Shown piece by piece: positions 1-8,738 of a stretch of DNA of 19,397 nucleotides. Both the position numbers and the translations under genes were made by a program. The stretch is from positions 1 to 19,397 of the forward strand of contig JBDRHP010000012.1 of the NCBI GenBank assembly GCA_043816785.1, written 5' to 3'. The notes beneath the pieces are model-generated. The model searched no databases. It saw only the letters and a list, made by a program, of their open reading frames with translations, and had not been told where the DNA came from. The stretch is from Candidatus Margulisiibacteriota bacterium. GTDB lineage: Bacteria; Margulisbacteria; WOR-1; O2-12-FULL-45-9. The number at the start of each line of letters is the position of its first letter. Within the stretch, counting starts at the first letter, position 1.

Positions 1-236
1 ATTAATTGGTCAACGTGCTGGCCGGCCATCACGTACTCAGCGGTGTGTCTGGCGGCCATTTGGGCAATGGCTGTTTTAACAACCAGGCTTAAGGTGGACA
101 GACTGTTCTGAGCTTCAGCCGCAAATTCATAAGCCGCGGCAGCAGAAGATGTCGCGTCACCGTTCTTGGCGGCGTTGAGCCGGTCGTAGAACGAGGCGTC
201 TAGTTGACTTAAATGATTTAAGGCTGATCCATACAT
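1..236 (-). CDS. Hypothetical protein, 3' end outside the window (MYGSALNHLSQLDASFYDRLNAAKNGDATSSAAAAYEFAAEAQNSLSTLSLVVKTAIAQMAARHTAEYVMAGQHVDQL...)
   Basis: Translated by hand and absent from the ORF track. ATG at 236-234, an AGGAG Shine-Dalgarno just upstream, and 78 open codons to the window edge. Ala-rich and probably helical; no family recognised. Confidence 0.75.
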   Translation of the reverse strand, partial: MYGSALNHLSQLDASFYDRLNAAKNGDATSSAAAAYEFAAEAQNSLSTLSLVVKTAIAQMAARHTAEYVMAGQHVDQL

Positions 237-254
237 GGTTTTTCTCCTACATAT

Positions 255-282
255 ATATCGGCACCTTTTGGCAGAAATTTCA
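255..282 (-). promoter_or_regulatory. sigma28 (FliA/SigD)-like promoter for the unknown gene
   Basis: Minus strand reads TGAAA-N15-GCCGATAT, close to the sigma28 consensus TAAA-N15-GCCGATAA. It lies directly upstream of the SD and ATG. Confidence 0.6.
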
Positions 283-289
283 CTTTTTC

Positions 290-313
290 TAGGGATTAGG
301 GGATAGGGGTTAG
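290..313 (+). repeat. Short heptamer tandem repeat TAGGGAT-TAGGGGA-TAGGGGT-TAG
   Basis: Three imperfect 7-mers plus a partial copy, abutting and overlapping the atpD stop codon. Confidence 0.55.
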
Positions 314-936
314 CGGGCGCGGACAATATCCTTGATCTTCAGCAGCGCGACCGTGGTGCTTCTTTCTATTTCAGCCAGTTTCATCTTGATATAGCGGACC
401 GCGCCTACGAGTTCCGGGATAAGGATGTATTCCAGGGCGTTGACCCGGCGCTTGATCTCAATAATATGAGAAGCGATGACCAGGATCGCTTTGTTTAATT
501 CTGCCAGCTTGACCAGCTCTTTTAATATGTCCATGAATTGGCTTAGGGCCTGGTCAAGTTCGGCTGGGGTTTCCGCAAAACCATAAGAGATCGGGTTGCC
601 TTCACTTTTTAGCTCGTATTGGGGGATCTTAACTCCCATAATGTTTTTCAAAGAGATGTCCACGCTGGTTTTTACTGCCGGCAGGAGGGTAGCCGCGTAA
701 ATTACCTCTGGCCTGGTCTGGCCGGTGCTTAAGGCCAGTTTTTGAAAGATCAGGATCAGTTCTTCTTCCAGTTTATTGCTCAAGCGGCGATGGCTCTTAA
801 CGATCTCCAGCAGGCGCTGGACCAAGCCGTCCAGCTTGTCCTTGAGGAGCTTGTGGCCTTTCTTGGCCAGGGCTGTCCTCCGCCGCAGGCGGAGCAGTTC
901 CATTCTGGTTGCGTTGACTCGGTTACCCTTTGCCAT
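310..936 (-). CDS. atpD: V/A-type ATP synthase subunit D
   Basis: 208 aa with [14 protein letters not shown] and KRRVNALEY motifs; last gene of the operon. Confidence 0.96.
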   Translation of the reverse strand: MAKGNRVNATRMELLRLRRRTALAKKGHKLLKDKLDGLVQRLLEIVKSHRRLSNKLEEELILIFQKLALSTGQTRPEVIYAATLLPAVKTSVDISLKNIMGVKIPQYELKSEGNPISYGFAETPAELDQALSQFMDILKELVKLAELNKAILVIASHIIEIKRRVNALEYILIPELVGAVRYIKMKLAEIERSTTVALLKIKDIVRAR

Positions 937-2320
937 GGTTCGACTTGCCCACCCTTCCGTATTTCTCGTACATATCGTCTTTGATGCGTTTTAGTTCTTC
1001 CCGGGGCAGGATCATCAGCAATTCCCAGGCCAGGTCCAATGTGTCATAAATGGTGCGGTTCTCATTTTCTCCCTGTGACAGGAACTGGTTCTCAAATTGT
1101 TCGGCGAATTTTAAGTATTGGCGGTCAACGTCGCTTAAGGCGCCTTCACCTAATACGACCAGCAGTTCTCTGACCTCGCGGCCGCGCGCGTAAGCGGCAA
1201 AAATCTGGTTAGCTACATGCGGCTGGTCTTCCCTGGTCTTGCCCTCACCAATGGCTTTATCTCTAAGACGTGAGAGCGAAGGCAGGGGATCGATCGGTGG
1301 ATAGATCTTCTTACGGTCCAGACCGCGGTCCAAAATTATCTGGCCTTCAGTAATATAGCCGGTCAAGTCCGGGATGGGGTGGGTTTTGTCGTCGTCAGGC
1401 ATGGTCAGGATCGGGATCATGGTGATCGAGCCGTTTTTGTCTTTAAGCCGGCCAGCGCGTTCATATATTGTGGCCAGGTCAGTGTAAAGATAACCAGGAT
1501 AGCCGCGGCGTCCGGGAACTTCTTTTCGGGCCGCGGAAACTTCGCGCAAGGATTCACAATAATTGGTCATATCTGTCAGAATGACCAGCACATGCATGCC
1601 CAGTTCAAAAGCAATATATTCCGCGGCGGTCAAAGCGACCCGCGGCGTGGCGATCCTTTCAATGGCCGGGTCATTGGCCAAGTTGACGTAAAGGACCGCG
1701 TTTTCGATCGCGCCCGTTTGTTTAAAATTAGCCATAAAAAATTCCGCTTCTTCAAAGGTAATGCCCATGGCGCCAAAAACCACGGCAAACTTTTCTTCCC
1801 CGCGCAAAACCCTGGCTTGCCGGGCGATCTGCGCGGCAATGCGGGAGTGGGGCAGGCCGGAGCCGGAAAAGATCGGTAGTTTCTGGCCGCGGGAAAGGGT
1901 GTTTAAACCATCGATCGAAGAAATTCCTGTTTGAATGAAGTCGTTAGGGTAATCCCGGGCTGCGGGGTTGATCGGCGCGCCATTGATGTCCAGTTTTTTA
2001 ATTGGGATGATCTGGGGCGCGCCGTCAATTGGCTTACCTAAGCCGGAAAAGACCCGGCCGAGCATATCGGGAGAAACATTGATCTCCAGACCGCGGCCTT
2101 TTAGCCTGATCTTGGTGGATTTAATATCAAGCCCGACCGTACCTTCAAAGACCTGGATCATGGCTTTGTCGCCTTCGACTTCCAGGATCTTGCCAGTACG
2201 GATCTCGCCACCCGGGAGCTCAATATCAACTACTTCGTCGAATTTAGCGCCTTCGATCTGATCCGCGATGATTAATGGTCCGGCAATGCCGGTAACTGTC
2301 TGGTATTCCCTGATCATCAT
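923..2320 (-). CDS. atpB: V/A-type ATP synthase subunit B
   Basis: 465 aa with [46 protein letters not shown] and [16 protein letters not shown]. Confidence 0.98.
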   Translation of the reverse strand: MMIREYQTVTGIAGPLIIADQIEGAKFDEVVDIELPGGEIRTGKILEVEGDKAMIQVFEGTVGLDIKSTKIRLKGRGLEINVSPDMLGRVFSGLGKPIDGAPQIIPIKKLDINGAPINPAARDYPNDFIQTGISSIDGLNTLSRGQKLPIFSGSGLPHSRIAAQIARQARVLRGEEKFAVVFGAMGITFEEAEFFMANFKQTGAIENAVLYVNLANDPAIERIATPRVALTAAEYIAFELGMHVLVILTDMTNYCESLREVSAARKEVPGRRGYPGYLYTDLATIYERAGRLKDKNGSITMIPILTMPDDDKTHPIPDLTGYITEGQIILDRGLDRKKIYPPIDPLPSLSRLRDKAIGEGKTREDQPHVANQIFAAYARGREVRELLVVLGEGALSDVDRQYLKFAEQFENQFLSQGENENRTIYDTLDLAWELLMILPREELKRIKDDMYEKYGRVGKSNHGKG

Positions 2321-4065
2321 ACTGCTCCTTTTAAAATATTGATCTCTTCTTTAAGCGCTTCCTCGATCGCGGCCAGTTCTTCCTGGGCTTTTTCTTCAGG
2401 GATCAGCCGGGCCCGAGAGATCTGGGAAATGACTTTCAGCTCTTTTAGTTTTTCCAGCTCAACACCCGCTTCCAACGCCTTGAGTGATTCTTTATATAGT
2501 GTAATGATCACTCGAAGCAGCGAAGCCTGTTTTTTGAGGGTTGAATATTGATCAACCGGGTCAAAAGCGCTCTGGTAGAGAAAATCTTCTCGTATCGATT
2601 TTGTCACGAACATGATCAGCTGTTCGCGCCCTGATAAAGCGTCCAGACCGACCAGGCGGACAATTTCTTCCAGCTCAGCTTCCTCGGACAATAACCGCAT
2701 GGCTTCGTTCCTGAGCTTACTCCAATCATCAGCCACGCTGTTCTTGAAGTAATCCTCCAGATTGTTGAGGTAAAGTGAATAGCTGAGCAGCCAGTTAATG
2801 GCCGGGAAGTGTCTCTTGTGGGCCAGGGCGTAGTCTAATCCCCAAAAGACTTTGGCAATGCGTAGAGTGTTTTGCACGACTGGTTCAGAGAGATCGCCGC
2901 CAGGAGGGGAGACAGAACCAATAATAGTGAAAGAGCCTTTTCTTTGATCAGAACCCAAACAGACGCCGTAACCTGCCCGTTCGTAAAATCCAGCTAATCT
3001 TGTTCCAAGATAAGCTGGATAACCTTCTTCACCAGGCATTTCTTCCAAACGGCCGGACATCTCACGCAGCGCCTCTGCCCAGCGCGAAGTTGAGTCCGCT
3101 GACAAAGAAACATTGTAGCCCATGTCCCGGTAATATTCAGCAATGGCCGAACCGGTGTAGATCGAAGCTTCGCGCGCGGCGATCGGCATGTTGGAAGTAT
3201 TCGCGATCAGGACCGTTCGCTCCATCAAGGATTTATTGGTTTTTGGATCTTTTAATTCCGGGAATTCGATCAACACATCAGTCATCTCGTTGCCGCGTTC
3301 ACCGCAGCCAATGAAGATAATGACATCCGCGTCCGCCCATTTGGCCAGTTGATGTTGCACCACTGTCTTGCCAGAGCCAAAGGGACCAGGGATACAGGCG
3401 GTGCCGCCTTTAGCAATCGTAAAGAGGGTGTCTATAATCCTTTGGCCAGTTACCAATGGTTCAGTAACAGGCAGCTTGGTGGCAAAGGGCCGCGGTTTCC
3501 TGACCGGCCAGCGCTGCAGCATGGGGATCTCTTTGCCCGAGATCTTAGCAATGGGTTGAGTGACCGTAAAAGAGCCTTTTTTGATCTCTTCAACTGTTCC
3601 CTTGATCCCCGTGGGCACCATGATACGGTGCTCGACCAGAGAAGTTTCCTGGACCGTGCCCAGGATATCCCCGGTTGCTACTTTATCGCCGACTTTGGCT
3701 TTGGGCACGAAGTCCCATTTCTTTTTACGGTCAAGAGCGTTAACCGAGATGCCTCGCTCAATAAAGTTGCCTGAAGCTTTTAATAACTCGTTTAAGGGGC
3801 GCTGAATCCCGTCGTAAATTGAGGCGAGTAAACCTGGGCCAAGCTCGACCGATAGGGAGCGGCCAGTGGAAACAACCGGATCGCCAACGCCAATACCCGC
3901 GGTTTCTTCGTAAACCTGGATCGAGGCAAAGTCTCCTTTTAATTCAATGATCTCGCCGATCAAGCCTTTGGCGCCAACATTAATTACATCAGCCATGCGG
4001 GCGTTGGGCACACCCTCGGCAACAACCAGCGGTCCAGCCACCTTAATAATTTTTCCTGTACTCAT
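2317..4065 (-). CDS. atpA: V/A-type ATP synthase subunit A (catalytic)
   Basis: 582 aa with Walker [29 protein letters not shown] and [13 protein letters not shown]. No intein-sized insert. SD GGAGGT upstream. Confidence 0.98.
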   Translation of the reverse strand: MSTGKIIKVAGPLVVAEGVPNARMADVINVGAKGLIGEIIELKGDFASIQVYEETAGIGVGDPVVSTGRSLSVELGPGLLASIYDGIQRPLNELLKASGNFIERGISVNALDRKKKWDFVPKAKVGDKVATGDILGTVQETSLVEHRIMVPTGIKGTVEEIKKGSFTVTQPIAKISGKEIPMLQRWPVRKPRPFATKLPVTEPLVTGQRIIDTLFTIAKGGTACIPGPFGSGKTVVQHQLAKWADADVIIFIGCGERGNEMTDVLIEFPELKDPKTNKSLMERTVLIANTSNMPIAAREASIYTGSAIAEYYRDMGYNVSLSADSTSRWAEALREMSGRLEEMPGEEGYPAYLGTRLAGFYERAGYGVCLGSDQRKGSFTIIGSVSPPGGDLSEPVVQNTLRIAKVFWGLDYALAHKRHFPAINWLLSYSLYLNNLEDYFKNSVADDWSKLRNEAMRLLSEEAELEEIVRLVGLDALSGREQLIMFVTKSIREDFLYQSAFDPVDQYSTLKKQASLLRVIITLYKESLKALEAGVELEKLKELKVISQISRARLIPEEKAQEELAAIEEALKEEINILKGAV

Positions 4066-4131
4066 TGTCTAATTACTACCTCCCTGCCTGCCGGCCCGCT
4101 TCGCCGCGAGGCGAGCAGGCAGGCGCTCCAA
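4062..4131 (-). pseudogene. Relic duplicate of the atpF 3' end (GAEVVIRQ*), interrupted by palindromic insertions
   Basis: 4062-4082 plus 4124-4131 align to 4140-4168 at 26/29 nt once 4083-4123 is removed. Confidence 0.75.
4083..4123. repeat. Nested palindromic mini-elements: CCTGCCTGCCGG[CCCGCTTCGCCGCGAGGCGAG]CAGGCAGG
   Basis: The outer halves rejoin into a perfect 20-nt palindrome. The inner 21 nt form a separate imperfect hairpin flanked by GC on both sides. Confidence 0.85.
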
Positions 4132-4139
4132 CATGAGAT

Positions 4140-4460
4140 TCATTGTCTGATTACTACCTCTGCACCAATTGAGTTCTTAACCAGATCCTGGATCTGGGAA
4201 GATGCCAAACCAGTACTGCCTTGATTATCAGGGATCAAAACTATGTTCAGGTCGGGTTTTTGGTTTAATTTTGATATTTCCTCCTGGAGATCAACGGCCA
4301 GCCTTTCGGTAATAAAGATCAAAGCTGGTTCCTTTTTGTTGGTTGCAGTCTCAAGAGCTGCTTTAGCGTCAGCCGCACTGTCTGCCGGATAGGTCTCAAT
4401 GCCCAGGATAGGTAAGGGAGCGATCAAATATTTGGGCGCGATGATCTTGATCTTACGCAT
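4140..4460 (-). CDS. atpF: V/A-type ATP synthase subunit F
   Basis: 106 aa between C and A, with LGIE, LIFITE, IVLIP and a C-terminal NSIGA pattern typical of subunit F. Confidence 0.9.
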   Translation of the reverse strand: MRKIKIIAPKYLIAPLPILGIETYPADSAADAKAALETATNKKEPALIFITERLAVDLQEEISKLNQKPDLNIVLIPDNQGSTGLASSQIQDLVKNSIGAEVVIRQ

Positions 4461-5448
4461 AATTCACTCGCAACCTGGCTTTTATTTGCTCGGATCCCAC
4501 GTAGTTGTTCTTGCTGACAAGAATAAAACGCAAAGTTTTGATCTCAGCCTCTTTGGCCAGGAAAAAACCGACCAGCGGCTCGAGGCCTGAGTTCAGGTAT
4601 TTTGCCTTGCGGAATTGCTCGATAATAAAATCATCCATTAGTTTTTCCAGCAGAAAAACAGAGCCGTTTTCAGCCAGCTGTGACCAGCCGGAAGCTATGG
4701 CCGGGAAATAAGGAGTAAAGCTTAAACGAGAACCGATATCCTCGAGGTTTTTATCAAGCTGGTCAAGCAAAGTATCCTGGCCAATTAATCCCGGCTCAAG
4801 CAAAACGGCCTGCAAAAACTTTTTGTCTTTTTTAAGCTGCCGGGCGCGAACCAGGGCCTTGATATTTATCAGGTCGATCTGGTGATTGGCCAGGTTTTTT
4901 ATGAGCGGCGAAGGGGAAAGATTGCAGGCCATTTTTAGATAAGCGAAATAGTGCTTGTCAAGAATCATGTCCAGCAGCTGGGGGTCGTGCTGCTTTTTAT
5001 AGGAGCTTTTTGCCGTATCGATGACAGCAACTATTTCATTATCATTGATCTCATTTATGCCCTCAAAAACATAGAGCCTTAGATTGTCAAAACCGATGGT
5101 TCCGGCTCTGGAAAACAGTTGGAATTTTTCCGCCTGTCCAAAGTAACCCCGGATCTGGATCTTTAAGTTTAGATAATCGTATTTTCTGAACAGGGCGGTC
5201 AGAATAATGTTTTCTGGGGCCAGCCTGTCCAGCAGCTGTTTTAAGGAGAGCGTTTCCAGTTCCAGCAGCTCTTCAAAATCAAAAGGCCTTTTCAGTTTGG
5301 GCAGGTTTTCCGCATAAGGTGTTTCCGAGAGGACGCTAAAGGCGCCGGAGAAATCCGCTGCCGCTGCCATGCGCTCCAGTTGGGCAGTGGTCAGCAGCCT
5401 GGCTTCTAATGATCTTACTCTGCCTGCTCCGTAATAGAATTCATTCAT
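4453..5448 (-). CDS. atpC: V/A-type ATP synthase subunit C (d/AC39 family)
   Basis: 331 aa with N-terminal GRVRSLEARLL, L..TPY, DLINIK and KEAEIKTLRFI..IKARLR. Confidence 0.93.
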   Translation of the reverse strand: MNEFYYGAGRVRSLEARLLTTAQLERMAAAADFSGAFSVLSETPYAENLPKLKRPFDFEELLELETLSLKQLLDRLAPENIILTALFRKYDYLNLKIQIRGYFGQAEKFQLFSRAGTIGFDNLRLYVFEGINEINDNEIVAVIDTAKSSYKKQHDPQLLDMILDKHYFAYLKMACNLSPSPLIKNLANHQIDLINIKALVRARQLKKDKKFLQAVLLEPGLIGQDTLLDQLDKNLEDIGSRLSFTPYFPAIASGWSQLAENGSVFLLEKLMDDFIIEQFRKAKYLNSGLEPLVGFFLAKEAEIKTLRFILVSKNNYVGSEQIKARLRVNYA

Positions 5449-5451
5449 GGT

Positions 5452-5808
5452 TTATTTACCAAATAAGACCTGGGCTGCCTCGACCTCTGTTTCTTCTCTA
5501 ATCCTGGCGATCTCAGCTGGAGAAAGTTTTTTCTCCTTTTGTATTTCGTTGTAGATCGAGCCAAGGATCTTTTGCTTTTCTTCCAACAAGGCTTTGCGCG
5601 TGTTCAGCCTGGCCGGGACCAGGATGGCTCTTTTGGCTTCTTCAACCCGCAGCGCTGTTTCCCGCTCTCCAGCTGCTCTGAGCTCGGTCATTTTTTGCTC
5701 CTGCGACTGGTTGAGCTTCCTGATCATCTGCTCTGATTCCTGCTTGATCTTGTTGGCTTCAGCTCCAGCGTCCTGGAGTATCTTTTTTTCGATTTCCTGA
5801 ATTGACAT
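5452..5808 (-). CDS. atpE: V/A-type ATP synthase subunit E, short form
   Basis: Sits between K and C. Has the N-terminal MSIQEIEKKILQDA..EA coiled coil, RKALLEEKQ and a C-terminal E..AAQVLF, but is only 118 aa. Confidence 0.85.
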   Translation of the reverse strand: MSIQEIEKKILQDAGAEANKIKQESEQMIRKLNQSQEQKMTELRAAGERETALRVEEAKRAILVPARLNTRKALLEEKQKILGSIYNEIQKEKKLSPAEIARIREETEVEAAQVLFGK

Positions 5809-5818
5809 ATTATTAAAT

Positions 5819-5877
5819 CCTCACCCCCGCTTGCGTTAAGGACTCCTCCCCCTCTCCATCTTTGATGGAGAGGGGGA
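5819..5877. repeat. REP-like element with a perfect 14-bp hairpin (TCCCCCTCTCCATC-TTT-GATGGAGAGGGGGA, 5847-5877) preceded by CCTCACCCCC
   Basis: The inverted repeat is read directly. The layout resembles widespread CCCTCACCCC..CCCTCTCC..GGAGAGGG intergenic repeats. Confidence 0.7.
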
Positions 5878-5889
5878 ATAAGGTTTTTT

Positions 5890-6378
<489 letters not shown>

Positions 6379-8370
6379 TTAAATTTGTTTTAATACTGTA
6401 TATTCAGCTTCGCGCTTAAACGGTTTAAATTCTCTGCCACCTCCTTCATAGAACTTACTAAAGAATTCGACCATTTGCAGTCTGGTTGAATGGACAAAAG
6501 CGCCCAAGGTGCCGATGATCATGTTAAAAATATGTCCCACAATCAAGATAATTATCATCAGAATGATGCCCAGGACCGGAGGGCCGCCTTTAACCATATT
6601 GGCCAGGATATTGATGACCGAGCCGATGATCGTCGTGGACATGCCCAGCGCGAGCAAGCGGGAATAGGACAGGGTATCACCCATGTAGCCCGAGACTTTG
6701 TAAAGGCTCAACAGCCCGCTGAGGAATTTCTGGATAATATTTTTCTTATGTCGACCCTGGGTCAGGACCAGTAAACCTGCTCCGGCCAGACTAAGTTTGC
6801 CGGCCAGACCGGCCGAGGGCAGGGCCAAGGCGCTGGCTACGATCAAGAAAACCAGAGAGCTGAGGAAGAAGAACCACAGCCCATCGTCTAAGATGGCGGA
6901 AACATACTGCTTGTTCCTGATTCTCAGAGCCAGCTGCAGCAGGATGCCAAAGAGGATCTGGATAACACCCAGAGCCAGGGAAAAGAGCAGTAAGGTTAGC
7001 GGGCTTTTCATTGGATCAATGATCTGGATCGAGAGCAGGAAATTCTTTAAAGGCAAAAGACCGGCCGGGATCTCGCTGGGGCTAAAACCCAGGTAAGAGC
7101 CGGTCAGCATGCCCACGATCACCGCGACTCCGCCGCCAAAGATCAGCAAGCGGAACAGCTTTTGGCCGCCCTCGGGCAGGCGGTATCTTTTTAAAAAGTA
7201 AAGGGAAGTGGCTGCCAAAGCCAGGCCGTAGCCAAAATCTCCCAGGCAAATGCCAAAGAACAAGGCAAAGAAAAAGGAAAGGGGAATGGAGGGATCGAAT
7301 TCTTCATACTTTGGTGTGCCATAGATCTTGGTGATCAGCTCAAACGGCGAGAAAACCTTAGGATTTTTCAGCACTACCGGGTGTTTTTCATCTTTAGCCG
7401 GGGCGATCGGAATGATCTCCAGTTCCTTGGCAACTTCTAACAGTTCTGTTTTTAATTTAGCGCAGTCATTTTTTTTGATCCAGCCTTCAATGACAAAAGC
7501 GTAAACCGTGTCAGCCAGCTTTTGTTTGGTTTCTAACCCTGTCTTGTGTCCCAGGTTAAGGTCATACATATATTTTAGCTTATCCAGCTGGCTGGCCAGT
7601 TTTTTGGCTTCAGCTAGCTGCTCTAATATTTCATAGTTAGTCTCTTGGCTGACTGCTCTAAGGCGGGCCAGCTCTTCCTTTGGCGTTTTGTCACTAAGCG
7701 GCAGGCTTAGCGGTGTGAAATCGATTTTGCTCAGCAGCTGATCGATCTGGTCAGCAAACTGGGTTAAATAAACAAGCAGCAGGTGGCTTTCCTGCTTAGT
7801 GCTGCTGACTGCCTGGAGTTCTGTCGCCGTGGTTAATTGTTCTAGTTTGGATCTCAGATCAGCCAGCTGTTTGTTTTTAATCACGCCCAGGACAATGTTA
7901 ATCCTTTGACTGCTGGCCAGCTCATTGAGCGGCAGGTTTAATGATTGCCAGGGGAGTAGTCTGTCCCGGTCGTTTTGCATTTCATTGCTGAGGTTTCTTA
8001 AATTGGCCAGCCTAGCTTCAATTGCCTGGCATTTGGCCAGGACGCCTGCGCAGTCGAATCCGCGGCAGGTTTGCACAAACTGGGGATGGCTGATCTCTTC
8101 TTTCTGCGGGGCAAAGGACTCGACCAGTCCTTTTTTTCTCTGGATTAGGCTCTCAAGAAAGGTGATAGCGGATTTGATCTCAGCCAGGTTATACTCCAGT
8201 TTGCTGATCTCTTCTTCATTGGCCCTTTGATCTTCGCTTTTGGGCCCTGGCTCATTAAGAGACATGGTCTGGATATCCATGACCTCATGAAGGCGCAGGC
8301 ACTTCATGATTTTGTCTTTGTGCTGTTTTAGGGAGACAATGTGGATCTTCTGGGTCTCTAAAATAGACAC
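6379..8370 (-). CDS. atpI: V/A-type ATP synthase subunit I (a)
   Basis: 663 aa with YGTPKY.E.DP, GDFGYG, DTLSYSRLLALG and RLQMVEFFSKFYEGGG. GTG start overlaps the end of the upstream gene. Confidence 0.97.
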   Translation of the reverse strand: MSILETQKIHIVSLKQHKDKIMKCLRLHEVMDIQTMSLNEPGPKSEDQRANEEEISKLEYNLAEIKSAITFLESLIQRKKGLVESFAPQKEEISHPQFVQTCRGFDCAGVLAKCQAIEARLANLRNLSNEMQNDRDRLLPWQSLNLPLNELASSQRINIVLGVIKNKQLADLRSKLEQLTTATELQAVSSTKQESHLLLVYLTQFADQIDQLLSKIDFTPLSLPLSDKTPKEELARLRAVSQETNYEILEQLAEAKKLASQLDKLKYMYDLNLGHKTGLETKQKLADTVYAFVIEGWIKKNDCAKLKTELLEVAKELEIIPIAPAKDEKHPVVLKNPKVFSPFELITKIYGTPKYEEFDPSIPLSFFFALFFGICLGDFGYGLALAATSLYFLKRYRLPEGGQKLFRLLIFGGGVAVIVGMLTGSYLGFSPSEIPAGLLPLKNFLLSIQIIDPMKSPLTLLLFSLALGVIQILFGILLQLALRIRNKQYVSAILDDGLWFFFLSSLVFLIVASALALPSAGLAGKLSLAGAGLLVLTQGRHKKNIIQKFLSGLLSLYKVSGYMGDTLSYSRLLALGMSTTIIGSVINILANMVKGGPPVLGIILMIIILIVGHIFNMIIGTLGAFVHSTRLQMVEFFSKFYEGGGREFKPFKREAEYTVLKQI

Positions 8371-8666
8371 TTAAGGATTTCCTTTTTAGCTTTACTGATT
8401 TTTGGCTCGACACCTTTTTTCAGTTCTGCCAGGCTCCTTTTTGTTTCTGTTTCAATCTTTTTGCTTTCCTGTTCAGCTTCTGTCCGGGCTGCCAGGATCT
8501 GGTCTGCCTGCTCTTTTTTTAACTGTTCTTGCTGCTGTTTAAAGGCTTCTGCCTGCTGCTGGCGGGCCGCCTTTAGCAACAGGATGCTGTTTTGCCGTTC
8601 AGCATTGATTATTTCTTCGGCTTTGCTTTCGATCGATTTGATCTTTATGAGGGTATTCTCGACCAT
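8358..8666 (-). CDS. atpH: V/A-type ATP synthase subunit H/G (peripheral stalk)
   Basis: About 102-aa charged coiled coil (IKSIESKAEEII..A), first gene of the operon. Start moved to ATG 8666 because the track's GTG at 8687 lies in the -10 element. Confidence 0.85.
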   Translation of the reverse strand: MVENTLIKIKSIESKAEEIINAERQNSILLLKAARQQQAEAFKQQQEQLKKEQADQILAARTEAEQESKKIETETKRSLAELKKGVEPKISKAKKEILKCLF

Positions 8667-8677
8667 GTAATTTCCAG

Positions 8678-8706
8678 ATTTTATCACAGAAAAAGAGTTT
8701 GAACAA
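8678..8706 (-). promoter_or_regulatory. sigma70-type promoter of the ATPase operon
   Basis: Minus strand TTGTTC (8706-8701)-N17-TAAAAT (8683-8678), with an extended -10 TGTGaTAAAAT. Confidence 0.7.
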
Positions 8707-8727
8707 GAGGCGAAGGTATGATAAAAT
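8699..8727 (+). promoter_or_regulatory. sigma70-type promoter of the tagO-wecB-murA operon
   Basis: TTGAAC (8699-8704)-N17-TAAAAT (8722-8727), with an extended -10 TG at 8719-8720. Confidence 0.75.
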
Positions 8728-8738
8728 ATAAACCCGTA

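Noticed and set aside
2317..4065. Intein in ATPase subunit A
   Set aside because: The length of 582 aa is normal and the Walker A region is uninterrupted.
6795..6835. GC-rich CCGGCC runs in atpI as another palindromic insertion
   Set aside because: They do not match CCTGCCTGCCGG or form a clean stem, and Ala/Gly/Leu codons in a TM loop explain them.
8667..8738. ORF-track starts at 8687 (GTG, minus) and 8718 (ATG, plus)
   Set aside because: Both coincide with the TGATAAAAT extended -10 boxes, so the downstream ATGs at 8666 and 8739 fit better. The GAGG near 8707 could serve as an SD for 8718, so that start is not fully excluded.
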